Source of the DNA: Idiomarina loihiensis L2TR
GTDB taxonomy: Bacteria > Pseudomonadota > Gammaproteobacteria > Enterobacterales > Alteromonadaceae
Length of the DNA stretch: 32,000 bases
Assembly (NCBI RefSeq): GCF_000008465.1
Contig: NC_006512.1
Coordinates: 1,770,001-1,802,000, forward strand
Reading direction: 5' to 3'
Below, one piece after another: positions 1-7,752 of this stretch (position 1 is the first letter of the stretch; the number at the start of each line of letters is the position of its first letter). The notes under the pieces were generated by a model. It made no database searches and was not told where the DNA came from. It saw nothing but the letters and a program-made list of their open reading frames with translations. Both the position numbers and the translations under genes were made by a program.

Positions 1-662
1 GGTAGTTCATCCTTTCCTATTGTTGGTAAATGCTGCTTTTTGGGCGACTGAAAAGCTGCTTTCACTCCAGCTAGGGGATTAGCCTGGATAACACCAGTAT
101 TCGTGGCGAAGACCATGATTTCATTAACACGTTGAATAACACGCTTCACAGTTTCCAAGCGCCCCGACTTTTCTATCGGTTTAAGTACCTGGATAAACAT
201 CGGCGCAGTAATTTCATTTATCGGCTTTTTGCCTAAGTCTGGGAATACATGAAGCTCTAGTGATCGCCAAATGTCATCCGCATAATCATCCGTGACTTTG
301 GTTTTCTTAGTTTCAAACCAATCTTCAGCAACTTTACGTAAAGTCGACTCTTGCTCAGTTCGCTGAGTCCGAATACTTTCATCTCTAGAAAGCTTAGGGT
401 CTATGCCTTCAGCAACTTTTGCCCGAGCCTCTTCCGCTAAGCTTCTGGCCTTTTTTAGGCTAACCTCAGGGTACATCCCCAACCCCATATTCATACGTTT
501 CTTTGTAACTGGATGCAGGTAATTAAAATTCCATAACTTTGAACCACTGGAAGCTCTAATGCGCAACTGAAGCCCCCCACCATCAGAAAAAACACAGTCT
601 TTTTCCTTTGGCTTAGCTTTTTTTATTTGACTGTCGTTAAGCGGAGTCACAGGCCGTGGCAT
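1..662 (-). CDS. Tyrosine site-specific integrase, P4/CP4-57-like. Only the N-terminal ~220 aa are present; the C-terminal catalytic part lies beyond the window start.
   Basis: Absent from the ORF track because it runs off the window edge. Manual translation of the reverse strand from ATG 662..660 gives MPRPVTPLNDSQIKKAKPKEKDCVFSDGGGLQLRIRASSGSKLWNFNYLHPVTKKRMNMGLGMYPEVSLKKARSLAEEARAKVAEGIDPK... This is the typical DUF4102/arm-binding plus SAM-like N-terminus of P4-family integrases. A GGAG SD sits 8 nt upstream. The gene lies beside ssrA, the classic P4-type att locus. Confidence 0.85.
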   Translation of the reverse strand, partial: MPRPVTPLNDSQIKKAKPKEKDCVFSDGGGLQLRIRASSGSKLWNFNYLHPVTKKRMNMGLGMYPEVSLKKARSLAEEARAKVAEGIDPKLSRDESIRTQRTEQESTLRKVAEDWFETKKTKVTDDYADDIWRSLELHVFPDLGKKPINEITAPMFIQVLKPIEKSGRLETVKRVIQRVNEIMVFATNTGVIQANPLAGVKAAFQSPKKQHLPTIGKDEL

Positions 663-680
663 ATCAAAATCTCCAATCGT

Positions 681-755
681 TGTATTCCTGGATTGTATAC
701 CCATCGCTCAGGAATACAACCTGGAATACAAAAACGTTAGGCTTCCCTGGAATAT
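681..755. promoter_or_regulatory. Four copies of a C(A/T)GGAATA(C/T)A motif in the int-ssrA spacer; candidate integrase arm-type/excisionase sites or an int operator
   Basis: TGTATTCCTG at 681-690 is the inverted copy. CAGGAATACA is at 709-718, CTGGAATACA at 721-730 and CTGGAATAT at 747-755. All lie directly upstream of the integrase start. Confidence 0.3.
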
Positions 756-814
756 CGTGAGATTACTTGAGAATCTAAAATAGCTTAAGAGGCTCTATGA
801 AAGGGGCTTTAGGC

Positions 815-842
815 ATAAAAAAGGGCGCTACTGGAGCGCCCT
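815..842 (-). terminator. Rho-independent terminator downstream of ssrA
   Basis: On the minus strand the sequence reads AGGGCGCT-ccagt-AGCGCCCT followed by TTTTTAT. It starts 12 nt after the tmRNA CCA end. Confidence 0.7.
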
Positions 843-854
843 GATTTAATAATG

Positions 855-1213
855 TGGTGGAGCTGGCGGGAGTTGAACCCGCGTCCGCAATACCTACATC
901 CTCGGTCCTACATGCTTAGTCAGTCTTTTAGTTAATCAGTGTGACGCCGACTGACAGGCTTCACAACTGACGAGTCCGATTGGTTTTAACGCTTCAGCTC
1001 CGGACAAAGCCTCCACGCGAGTCTACATTAGTTTGAGCCATCCTGGTCCGGTCTCGCAGACAAAGCGCCGGGGGATGGGCTTAGCGGGTTATTAAGCCGC
1101 TAGAGCGTAGTTGTCGTCGTTTGCAACTATTAGGTTGAGGCTTTTTACGAGGCCTGCCTCACCTCGGCATGCACCTTGGGTTTCGTGTATCCCGTCGAAT
1201 CCAGATCAGCCCC
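855..1213 (-). ncRNA. ssrA: tmRNA (SsrA), about 359 nt
   Basis: The reverse complement starts GGGGCTGATCTGGATTCGACGGGATACACGAAACCCAAGGTGCATGCCGAGG. It ends GGACGCGGGTTCAACTCCCGCCAGCTCCACCA. Both termini are near-identical to E. coli SsrA, and an internal tag ORF is present. Confidence 0.95.
1092..1124 (-). other. tmRNA tag-peptide reading frame encoding ANDDNYALAA, then stop
   Basis: On the minus strand: GCA AAC GAC GAC AAC TAC GCT CTA GCG GCT TAA. It has the canonical ...YALAA proteolysis-tag ending. Confidence 0.85.
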
Positions 1214-1254
1214 AAAGCTATTACTTACGTAACTTGTGTACTATAACTCAGACA

Positions 1255-1288
1255 CCGCTTAAGTGCTATAAGTTCCGCACTCAAGCGG
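1255..1288. terminator. 12-bp-stem hairpin (one mismatch) between the elbB 3' end and the ssrA promoter region; possible elbB terminator or insulator
   Basis: CCGCTTAAGTGC (1255-1266) pairs with GCACTCAAGCGG (1277-1288). The T-rich run follows on the + strand only, so orientation and function are uncertain. Confidence 0.3.
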
Positions 1289-1314
1289 TTATTTATTGGA
1301 CGTTAAGTCAGGTA

Positions 1315-1968
1315 TTAGGCCGCCATATACAAGACTTTTTCAACCAGCTTACTAATACCCTCTTCGGCATCAGGCAGGTTTTCAGCCAGCATATAGGCCG
1401 GTGTGGTCACTAACTGGTGCTTGTCATCAACAACAATATCTCGAACACCGCAGTTCACGTGCTCGCCGCCCATTTTATTAATAGCACTGGCAACTTCGCC
1501 GTCGTTACCAATAGTCACTTTCACACCCTTTCCGTAAATGTGTGGCAACAAGACAGGGGAAATACACATGTAGCCTGCTGGTTTCTTCGCCTCAACAAAG
1601 GCTTTACCAACTTTCAACACCTGGTCGTTTACCGTCATATCAGCACCTTTAACGGCAAAATCGCAGAAGTTCTTGGCAACACCAAAACCGCCCGGCAATA
1701 TTAACGCGTCAAACTCAGACGAATCTAAGTCGGTTAAGGGTTTAACCTCACCGCGAGTGATACGTGCAGCTTCTTCCAGAACATTGCGCTTGTCACCGCT
1801 TTCTTCACCCTTAAGATGGTTAATAGTGTGCATTTGTTCAATGTCTGGTGCAAAGCATTCGTAGCTGGCACCCTGCTTTGCTATGTGCAATAGGGTTAAT
1901 ACAGCTTCGTTCACTTCGGCTCCGTCAAAAACACCAGAGCCGGATAAAATAACTGCTACTTTTTTCAT
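1315..1968 (-). CDS. elbB: Isoprenoid biosynthesis glyoxalase ElbB (DJ-1/PfpI superfamily)
   Basis: The 217-aa product begins MKKVAVILSGSGVFDGAEVNEAVLTLL and contains NVLEEAARITRGE, ILPGGFG and TTPAYML. It is colinear with E. coli ElbB as I remember it. A strong AGGAGG SD lies upstream. Confidence 0.85.
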   Translation of the reverse strand: MKKVAVILSGSGVFDGAEVNEAVLTLLHIAKQGASYECFAPDIEQMHTINHLKGEESGDKRNVLEEAARITRGEVKPLTDLDSSEFDALILPGGFGVAKNFCDFAVKGADMTVNDQVLKVGKAFVEAKKPAGYMCISPVLLPHIYGKGVKVTIGNDGEVASAINKMGGEHVNCGVRDIVVDDKHQLVTTPAYMLAENLPDAEEGISKLVEKVLYMAA

Positions 1969-2003
1969 AGTCGAAACCTCCTGTCCGCTACTTAAAATTC
2001 GCT

Positions 2004-3122
2004 TTAATCCAGTTCAATGTGTGCGTCGTTTTCATCGCGCCACTTCCATTCATTCTCAAGTGTAGCGGTTGGTTGCAGCATGGCAAAATCTAACTGGCGT
2101 ATTGGCTCGGAAGACTTAATGCGAATAGGAAAGTCCGGATTCGCTAATGACGTTTTCGCCATAGCAAGCAAAGCATTAGGATAATGCCCCGCGACGTGCT
2201 CATAGTTTTTCTCGCTAATACCACCGTTTACAATTAACGGAATGTCCGAAAACTCCTGCACAATATCGCCCAATGACTTATTACTGCCACCTTTAAATGG
2301 CTTACGCATTACGTCCGTATCTGTTGTGTGAATGTAATCCACACCGGCTTTTTCCATGGCCTTGACCACTTTTATCATGGCGTCTTCGCCTTCCGGCCAC
2401 TGATAATCAGAGTCCGTTACGGTAATTTGGCTTAAACGCACACCGACAATGAAGTCATCGCCTGCGGCGGATTTCGCGGCCTTAACCACTAATTCCAGAA
2501 AATGCATGCGTTTTGCCATGTCTCCGCCCCACTGGTCAGGACGCTGGTTAAAGTAGTCACTTAAAAACTCATTCAGTAAGTACCCATTAGCTGCGTGCAA
2601 CTCAACCCCGTCAAAACCGGCCTCTTTAGCCCGGTTTACGGCACCAACAAAACCGTTCATAACGGCATCAAAATCCGTTTCATCCATGGCTTTCACTTCG
2701 GGCCAGCCGTCGGTTTTGCCATACAAGTCCAGCGGTTCACCTTTAGGCTTTACTTCGCTGGGCGCAATGGGTGTGTCTGTGTATTCATTATGCTGGAACT
2801 GAGCGCCAGCATGCATCAACTGCATAATAAACTTGCAGTCATGCTTGTGTACTCGTTCGACAATTTCTTTCCAGGCGTCGGTTTGTGGTGCGTCGGTAAT
2901 GCCCGGCTGATTTTCATACCCCTGGCTTGCCTGCCGGTCTGTGTATACGCCTTCGCTGATGATCATACTCCAACCACCTTTCGCGAAACGCTCGTAATAC
3001 TCGCCCATTAACTCCGTTGGCTTGCCCTTCTTGTCGGCACTGGTTCGTGTCATGGGAGCCACAACAAAACGGTTTTCAAGCTTGTGGCCTTTTAATTCAA
3101 AATCATCAAATGCTGAACTCAT
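2004..3122 (-). CDS. NADH:flavin oxidoreductase / Old Yellow Enzyme family alkene reductase
   Basis: OYE hallmarks are present: FVVAPMTRTSA and ELHAANGYLLNEFLS. The ORF track extends to 3140. I prefer the ATG at 3122 (MSSAFDDF...) because AAGGA lies 8 nt upstream of it. Confidence 0.8.
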   Translation of the reverse strand: MSSAFDDFELKGHKLENRFVVAPMTRTSADKKGKPTELMGEYYERFAKGGWSMIISEGVYTDRQASQGYENQPGITDAPQTDAWKEIVERVHKHDCKFIMQLMHAGAQFQHNEYTDTPIAPSEVKPKGEPLDLYGKTDGWPEVKAMDETDFDAVMNGFVGAVNRAKEAGFDGVELHAANGYLLNEFLSDYFNQRPDQWGGDMAKRMHFLELVVKAAKSAAGDDFIVGVRLSQITVTDSDYQWPEGEDAMIKVVKAMEKAGVDYIHTTDTDVMRKPFKGGSNKSLGDIVQEFSDIPLIVNGGISEKNYEHVAGHYPNALLAMAKTSLANPDFPIRIKSSEPIRQLDFAMLQPTATLENEWKWRDENDAHIELD

Positions 3123-3194
3123 ACGGAATTCCTTTTTCATCTAATACTGTTATATGACTTTGAGCATAATTACGCAGAATTCAAGGGGAATTGA

Positions 3195-4337
3195 TCACTT
3201 TGTTGTTAAATCAGCTGAAAGTACAACCGCTGCTTTTTGCTTACGACCACCGTAGCCAAAGGCTTTGCTGAAGGTACTTATAGGCACAGGTAAATACTGA
3301 CGTTCGGTAGGAGATTCCCAGGGTAAAGTGTCGTAATCGGGGTCGTTTATGTAGATAAAGTCATCGTCGGCCGCGCAAATTAAGACCCAATGCGGTGCCC
3401 TAATACCGTCAAACTGATAAGTAGAGATAAGCACCATAACCAGACAGCCCTGGCTTAAGTCCTCTTTTATTAACGTCACGTCATAGTCGCGTACAACAAT
3501 GGGAACACCATGTTTTTCCAGGTAGGTCATATCGGCCTGCTGTATGCGCTGCATAACCGTTTTTTTCTGCTCTTGACGAACCGAATCCACAAATAGTGGC
3601 TGGTCGGTATTCACTTCCACCCGAACTTTCAGGCCACGCTGAAACGCCGCCCGCGCCAGCCCATGAGGGCCACAGCCGCCGTGCCCGGAGGTCATATAAA
3701 TGGTCGTCGCCTGACGCCAAATTTCCAGCTCTTCGGCTTGCGGGTCGCTACTGGGCCGGCCGAAGTAGTCCATAGCCATTAGCAGGCTTGCGGGGCCGCA
3801 GGTAAACTCCGTCGACTGGGTCAGCATAGGAACGTATTCTTCGGTTGCTCCCACGCCCGCATCTTCGCCCATTTCGTAACGAGGCAACAGTTTTTGCAGA
3901 ACCAGAGCATCTGTCGATTGCGATGCAGAAGGCGGGAAATAGGCTTCGCGCAGCTCTATTGCACGGAAGCCTTCGCTGTTCATCAGCTGTTGCCCTACTG
4001 TATTAGAGGTTGCTACCTCGGTACGTAAAAACAGGGAGTGTCGTTCATCGGCCAGGTCTTCTGCAGCTTGCAACAAACGTCGACCATAGCCTTTACTACG
4101 ATGTTCCTTTTCGACAACCAAAGCATAGAGTCGAGCCAGATTTGTATTATTTCGGTACAGGACAACGGTATAACCAATGACCTTTTCGTTCAGCAGTAAC
4201 ACCTGAAAATCGGCGCTAGGCGACTCAATAAACCGCCGAAAACTGCGCTTACTGATCGCATCTTCGGGGAAAGTGACAGCTTCTAGCGCCGCTACCGCGT
4301 CTAAATGCTCATTACGTGCCGGTTGAATACTGGCCAT
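3195..4337 (-). CDS. Bifunctional GNAT N-acetyltransferase / peptidase C39-like (papain-fold) protein
   Basis: The N-terminal ~150 aa are GNAT-like (LYALVVEKEHRSKGYGRRLL, the acetyl-CoA Q/RxxGxG/A motif). The C-terminal ~220 aa carry a Cys (FTCGPASLLMA) and a His (RAPHWVLI) followed by NDP, the C39-type catalytic arrangement. An AAGGGG SD is present. Confidence 0.75.
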   Translation of the reverse strand: MASIQPARNEHLDAVAALEAVTFPEDAISKRSFRRFIESPSADFQVLLLNEKVIGYTVVLYRNNTNLARLYALVVEKEHRSKGYGRRLLQAAEDLADERHSLFLRTEVATSNTVGQQLMNSEGFRAIELREAYFPPSASQSTDALVLQKLLPRYEMGEDAGVGATEEYVPMLTQSTEFTCGPASLLMAMDYFGRPSSDPQAEELEIWRQATTIYMTSGHGGCGPHGLARAAFQRGLKVRVEVNTDQPLFVDSVRQEQKKTVMQRIQQADMTYLEKHGVPIVVRDYDVTLIKEDLSQGCLVMVLISTYQFDGIRAPHWVLICAADDDFIYINDPDYDTLPWESPTERQYLPVPISTFSKAFGYGGRKQKAAVVLSADLTTK

Positions 4338-4354
4338 AAAATAAACCCCTTAAT

Positions 4355-4403
4355 TTTACGCAGATTTTACGCCTAAAGACGCTTTCGGTATAGAGATTTT
4401 ACG
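4355..4403 (+). promoter_or_regulatory. Three phased (G)ATTTTACGC direct repeats in the divergent GNAT-C39/trkH promoter region; candidate OmpR-family (KdpE-like) binding sites
   Basis: TTTACG occurs at 4355-4360 and 4366-4371, an 11-bp period with a 5-bp spacer, and again at 4398-4403, 32 bp further on. The architecture mirrors the E. coli KdpE site (TTTATA-N5-TTTACA). Confidence 0.35.
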
Positions 4404-4458
4404 CCCTGCAGAATTACCCTTAGCAATAGAAAAAGTCGGTTCGTCGCATGAGGTAACA

Positions 4459-5910
4459 GTGAATCTAAAAGCAACGTTGCGCCTATTAACCTGGCCTATG
4501 ATCTGGATTGCCTCAATTCAGTGTTTTTTTGGTTTGCTTTCGGTTTTTGTCTTTAGGGACAAAACCTTTACCGACTTTATTTATTCCTCTTTGCTCTGCC
4601 TTGTTCTCGCGCTCTTTCTATTCATACGCACTAATAACGGCGAGCAAAAGAAAATCTTTTTCCGCGAAGCCTTGGCGTTCGCTTCATTCACCTGGATTTT
4701 AATAGGCGTTCTGGGAGCATTACCCATTATGTCCGTTACCGGGGTTAGCTTTACCGACGCAGTATTTGAGTCGGTCAGCGCTATGACCACCACCGGTGCC
4801 ACCATTCTCACCGGCCTTGATGAAATGCCCAAAAGCTTTTTACTGTACCGCCAGTTTCTGCAATGGATGGGCGGGCTCGGTATCGTGATTTTTGTAGTCG
4901 CCATTCTTCCCATGCTAAACGTGGGTGGCATGCGCCTGCTTAAGGCTGAAACTCCGGGTCCCATTAAAAATGAGAAGTTAGCACCACGTGTTGCGAGTAC
5001 AAGCCGTTACCTCTGGTTAGTTTACCTGTGCCTGACAATAGGCTGTGCCGGCAGTTACTGGTTGGCCGGAATGTCTCCTTTCGATGCCATAGCCCATAGT
5101 CTGACGACCGTATCAACCGGCGGGTTTTCGCCCTACGACGCCAGTATGGGCCACTTTCAGCAACCAATTATTCTTATAGTTGCCGATGTGTTTATGATTC
5201 TGGGGGCTATCAGTTTTGCCCTGCACCATAAACTGTTTACAGCCAGAGCCATAAGTGGCTACTGGAAAGACGAGGAAACTCGCTGGTTTTTAATTGCATT
5301 GGCCGTTTTCAGCGTTATTCTTACCGCTCTGGCATTTAACGCTCAAACTCATCATTCCTTCGGGGAGTCTCTGAATCAGGCGGTTTTTCATGTCGTTTCC
5401 TTTATGACCAGTACCGGTTACGGTGCCGATGACCTTTCGGCGTGGCCTGCGGCTACGGCTGGTTTTTTAGTGGCAGCCAGTTACCTGGGCGGCTGCGCCG
5501 GGTCAACTGCCGGAGGCAACAAATTTGTCCGTAATGTCATTACCTTACGCATCCTGAAACACCAAATGCTGCAGGCCATCCACCCGCGTGCCATTCTGAA
5601 AGTGGTGTATCAGGGAAAAGCGGTGACTAACGACGTGATTCAGGCGGTAATGAGCTTTATGCTAATGGTCGCAATTAGTTCCATGGTGCTTACCCTCATA
5701 CTGATGCTGACCGGGCTGGATTTTTTCTCGGCATTTACCGCCGTTTCGGCGTGTCTGAACGTACTTGGTCCGGGTTTTGGCGAAGTTTCCAGTAACTTTA
5801 TTCCGGTATCAGACACCGGAACCTGGGTACTGACGTTAGCAATGATTTTAGGACGCCTTGAATACTTTACTTTGCTAACATTGTTACTTCCTCAATTCTG
5901 GCGGGACTAG
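4459..5910 (+). CDS. trkH: Trk-type K+ uptake protein TrkH
   Basis: The 483-aa polytopic membrane protein is colinear with E. coli TrkH. Shared motifs include SAMTTTGAT, YRQFLQWMGGLGIV, GMRLLKAETPGP, GGCAGSTAGG and LGRLEYFTLL. It starts at GTG with a GAGG SD 5 nt upstream. Confidence 0.9.
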   Translation: MNLKATLRLLTWPMIWIASIQCFFGLLSVFVFRDKTFTDFIYSSLLCLVLALFLFIRTNNGEQKKIFFREALAFASFTWILIGVLGALPIMSVTGVSFTDAVFESVSAMTTTGATILTGLDEMPKSFLLYRQFLQWMGGLGIVIFVVAILPMLNVGGMRLLKAETPGPIKNEKLAPRVASTSRYLWLVYLCLTIGCAGSYWLAGMSPFDAIAHSLTTVSTGGFSPYDASMGHFQQPIILIVADVFMILGAISFALHHKLFTARAISGYWKDEETRWFLIALAVFSVILTALAFNAQTHHSFGESLNQAVFHVVSFMTSTGYGADDLSAWPAATAGFLVAASYLGGCAGSTAGGNKFVRNVITLRILKHQMLQAIHPRAILKVVYQGKAVTNDVIQAVMSFMLMVAISSMVLTLILMLTGLDFFSAFTAVSACLNVLGPGFGEVSSNFIPVSDTGTWVLTLAMILGRLEYFTLLTLLLPQFWRD

Positions 5911-5926
5911 CACATGAGATTAGAAC

Positions 5927-6958
5927 ATGAGTAAACAGCCCTGGTTAGGTTACCTGGCCTCCGTTGCCATCACCTGCACCGCGGCGGGTCTTGCTTACCT
6001 GCTCGATCACTGGTTATTGCCCACCTCCGGCACGGTACTCATTCTGCAACTGGCGGTGTTGCTTATTGCATTTTTAACCAATTTTCGCGCGGCACTACTT
6101 GCCGTTGTTCTGGCCTTGCTGCTGTTTAATTTTTTATTTACAGAACCGCGCTATTCGCTGCACATGACTGACATAGACGAAATGGTTACTGCAATTGTAT
6201 TTATTGCCGTGGGCGTTATTACCAGCCACTTAGTCACCTTGTTCAGAAACCAAAAAGAAAGCTTACGTCAGGCCCAGCTGCGCTCAAACATTCTGCTATC
6301 GGTTTCACACGACCTGAGAACCCCGCTGGCCAGCGTCATTGGCAATTTAAGTACATTGCAGGCGTATCAGGAGCGTTTGCCGGAACAAGAACGGGCCGAG
6401 CTGTTACAGGGTGCGCTCGATGAGAGTGACCGCTTGCATCGTTATATTGAAAACCTGTTACAGGCTACCCGACTACAGCACGGCGAAATTCGTTTGACCC
6501 ATGCAGTGCAGGATATTCGTCCGGTTATCAGTAAAACGCTTTCGCGCTTTGCTTCACAAGAACGGTTACTGGTTAAAGATAACCTGCAGCACGCTATGGT
6601 TGAGGTTCAGTCCTCGCTGCTGGAGCAGGCATTGTTTAATGTTATTGATAACGCGATGCGCTTTTCCGGCGAGACAGCGCCGGTTACTTTGTCACTGTCA
6701 GAAACCGACAAGTTCATTGTCATTGATATTAAAGATGAAGGCCCCGGCATAGAAACCAGTAAGCGCTCGCTTGTATTTAATGTTTTTTATTCGTCGCGCG
6801 AGAAAGACTCAGGCACTGGCGGAACCGGTCTGGGGCTGTCTGTTGCTAAAGGAATAATCGATATTCATAACGGCCACATAGGTATTGAAGAAAGTCCTGA
6901 TGGCTGCCTTGTCCGAATTAAATTACCACGCGCCAACATCACAGAGGAAGTCTCATGA
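5927..6958 (+). CDS. Truncated KdpD-like sensor histidine kinase (DUF4118 membrane domain + HisKA + HATPase_c; no N-terminal KdpD/Usp domains and no GAF linker)
   Basis: The product is 343 aa. It has the DUF4118-type motif LLLFNFLFTEPRYSL, the H-box SVSHDLRTPLASV, the N-box NVIDNAMRFS and the G-boxes DEGPGI and GTGLGLSVAK. It starts 16 nt after trkH. Confidence 0.8.
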   Translation: MSKQPWLGYLASVAITCTAAGLAYLLDHWLLPTSGTVLILQLAVLLIAFLTNFRAALLAVVLALLLFNFLFTEPRYSLHMTDIDEMVTAIVFIAVGVITSHLVTLFRNQKESLRQAQLRSNILLSVSHDLRTPLASVIGNLSTLQAYQERLPEQERAELLQGALDESDRLHRYIENLLQATRLQHGEIRLTHAVQDIRPVISKTLSRFASQERLLVKDNLQHAMVEVQSSLLEQALFNVIDNAMRFSGETAPVTLSLSETDKFIVIDIKDEGPGIETSKRSLVFNVFYSSREKDSGTGGTGLGLSVAKGIIDIHNGHIGIEESPDGCLVRIKLPRANITEEVS

Positions 6959-7668
6959 ATGCACAAGCCCGCACCGACGGCCCCCGCATTTTAGTCATTG
7001 ATGACGAACCACAGATACGACGCTTTATGCGGGCCTCTCTCACTGCCGAAGGTTATACCTACCTGGAAGCAGCGACAGCCGAGCAAGGGATAAAGCAGAT
7101 TACCAGCCAGAACCCGCATTTGGTTATTCTGGACTTAGGTCTGCCTGACGCTGACGGCTATCAGGTCATGCGCCAGCTGCGCGAATGGAGTCAGGTGCCG
7201 GTATTGGTACTGACGGCGCGCGACGACGAACTGCAGAAAGTGAAACTGCTGGAAGGTGGTGCTAACGACTACCTGACCAAACCCTTTGGTATTCGGGAGC
7301 TTATGGCGCGTATTCATGTTTTATTACGCGACCTCTCCATTGAACAACCCACAGCCGAGGCTCAGCTTCGTTTTGGTGAGTTACTCATCGACCGCGAGCA
7401 ACACAAAGTGTTTCTGCAAAACGAGATAGTTAACTTGTCCCGTAAAGAATACGCCTTACTGGACTTCTTAGTCAGCCACCCGCAAAAACTCGTTACTCAG
7501 CAACAGTTGCTGGAGAAAATTTGGGGCCAAACACACCAGGAAGACACCCACTATTTGCGTATTTTTGTCAGCCAGGTACGTAAAAAGCTCAAAGATGACC
7601 CGGCGCAGCCAAAGTATATAGAAACAGAACCCGGTGTCGGTTACCGGTTTATCGCAGAGAAATCCTGA
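6955..7668 (+). CDS. kdpE: OmpR-family response regulator, KdpE-like
   Basis: The receiver domain reads RILVIDDEPQIRRF...LVILDLGLPDADG...LTARD...KPF. The winged-helix output domain contains LTRKEYALL-type and GVGYRF motifs. Its start overlaps the kinase gene stop as ATGA. Confidence 0.8.
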   Translation: MNAQARTDGPRILVIDDEPQIRRFMRASLTAEGYTYLEAATAEQGIKQITSQNPHLVILDLGLPDADGYQVMRQLREWSQVPVLVLTARDDELQKVKLLEGGANDYLTKPFGIRELMARIHVLLRDLSIEQPTAEAQLRFGELLIDREQHKVFLQNEIVNLSRKEYALLDFLVSHPQKLVTQQQLLEKIWGQTHQEDTHYLRIFVSQVRKKLKDDPAQPKYIETEPGVGYRFIAEKS

Positions 7669-7752
7669 CACAATAAGGAGCCGCTTAAGCTACCTTTTCT
7701 GGCTTAAATCGTGTTAAACTTGCGCGCAAATTTTGCCAGTCGGGATTATTCT

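Noticed and set aside
1111-1413. 100-aa + strand ORF from the track
   Set aside because: It lies antisense across the tmRNA 5' half and the elbB 3' end, has no SD, and its composition is dictated by the overlapping real features.
3481-5167. Internal and antisense track ORFs (3481-3720, 4508-4702, 4581-4964, 4964-5167), and similar short ORFs nested in other long genes throughout the window
   Set aside because: All are embedded in, or antisense to, long ORFs with clear homolog-like sequence. They show no SD or recognisable motifs.
7722-7737. PurR-box-like sequence cGCGCAAAtTTTGCc upstream of purM
   Set aside because: The GCAAA/TTTGC arms are separated by one base instead of the two (C-G) in the canonical 16-bp ACGCAAACGTTTGCGT operator, so the half-site spacing is wrong. 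I left it uncalled, but it would be worth scoring with a proper PurR matrix.
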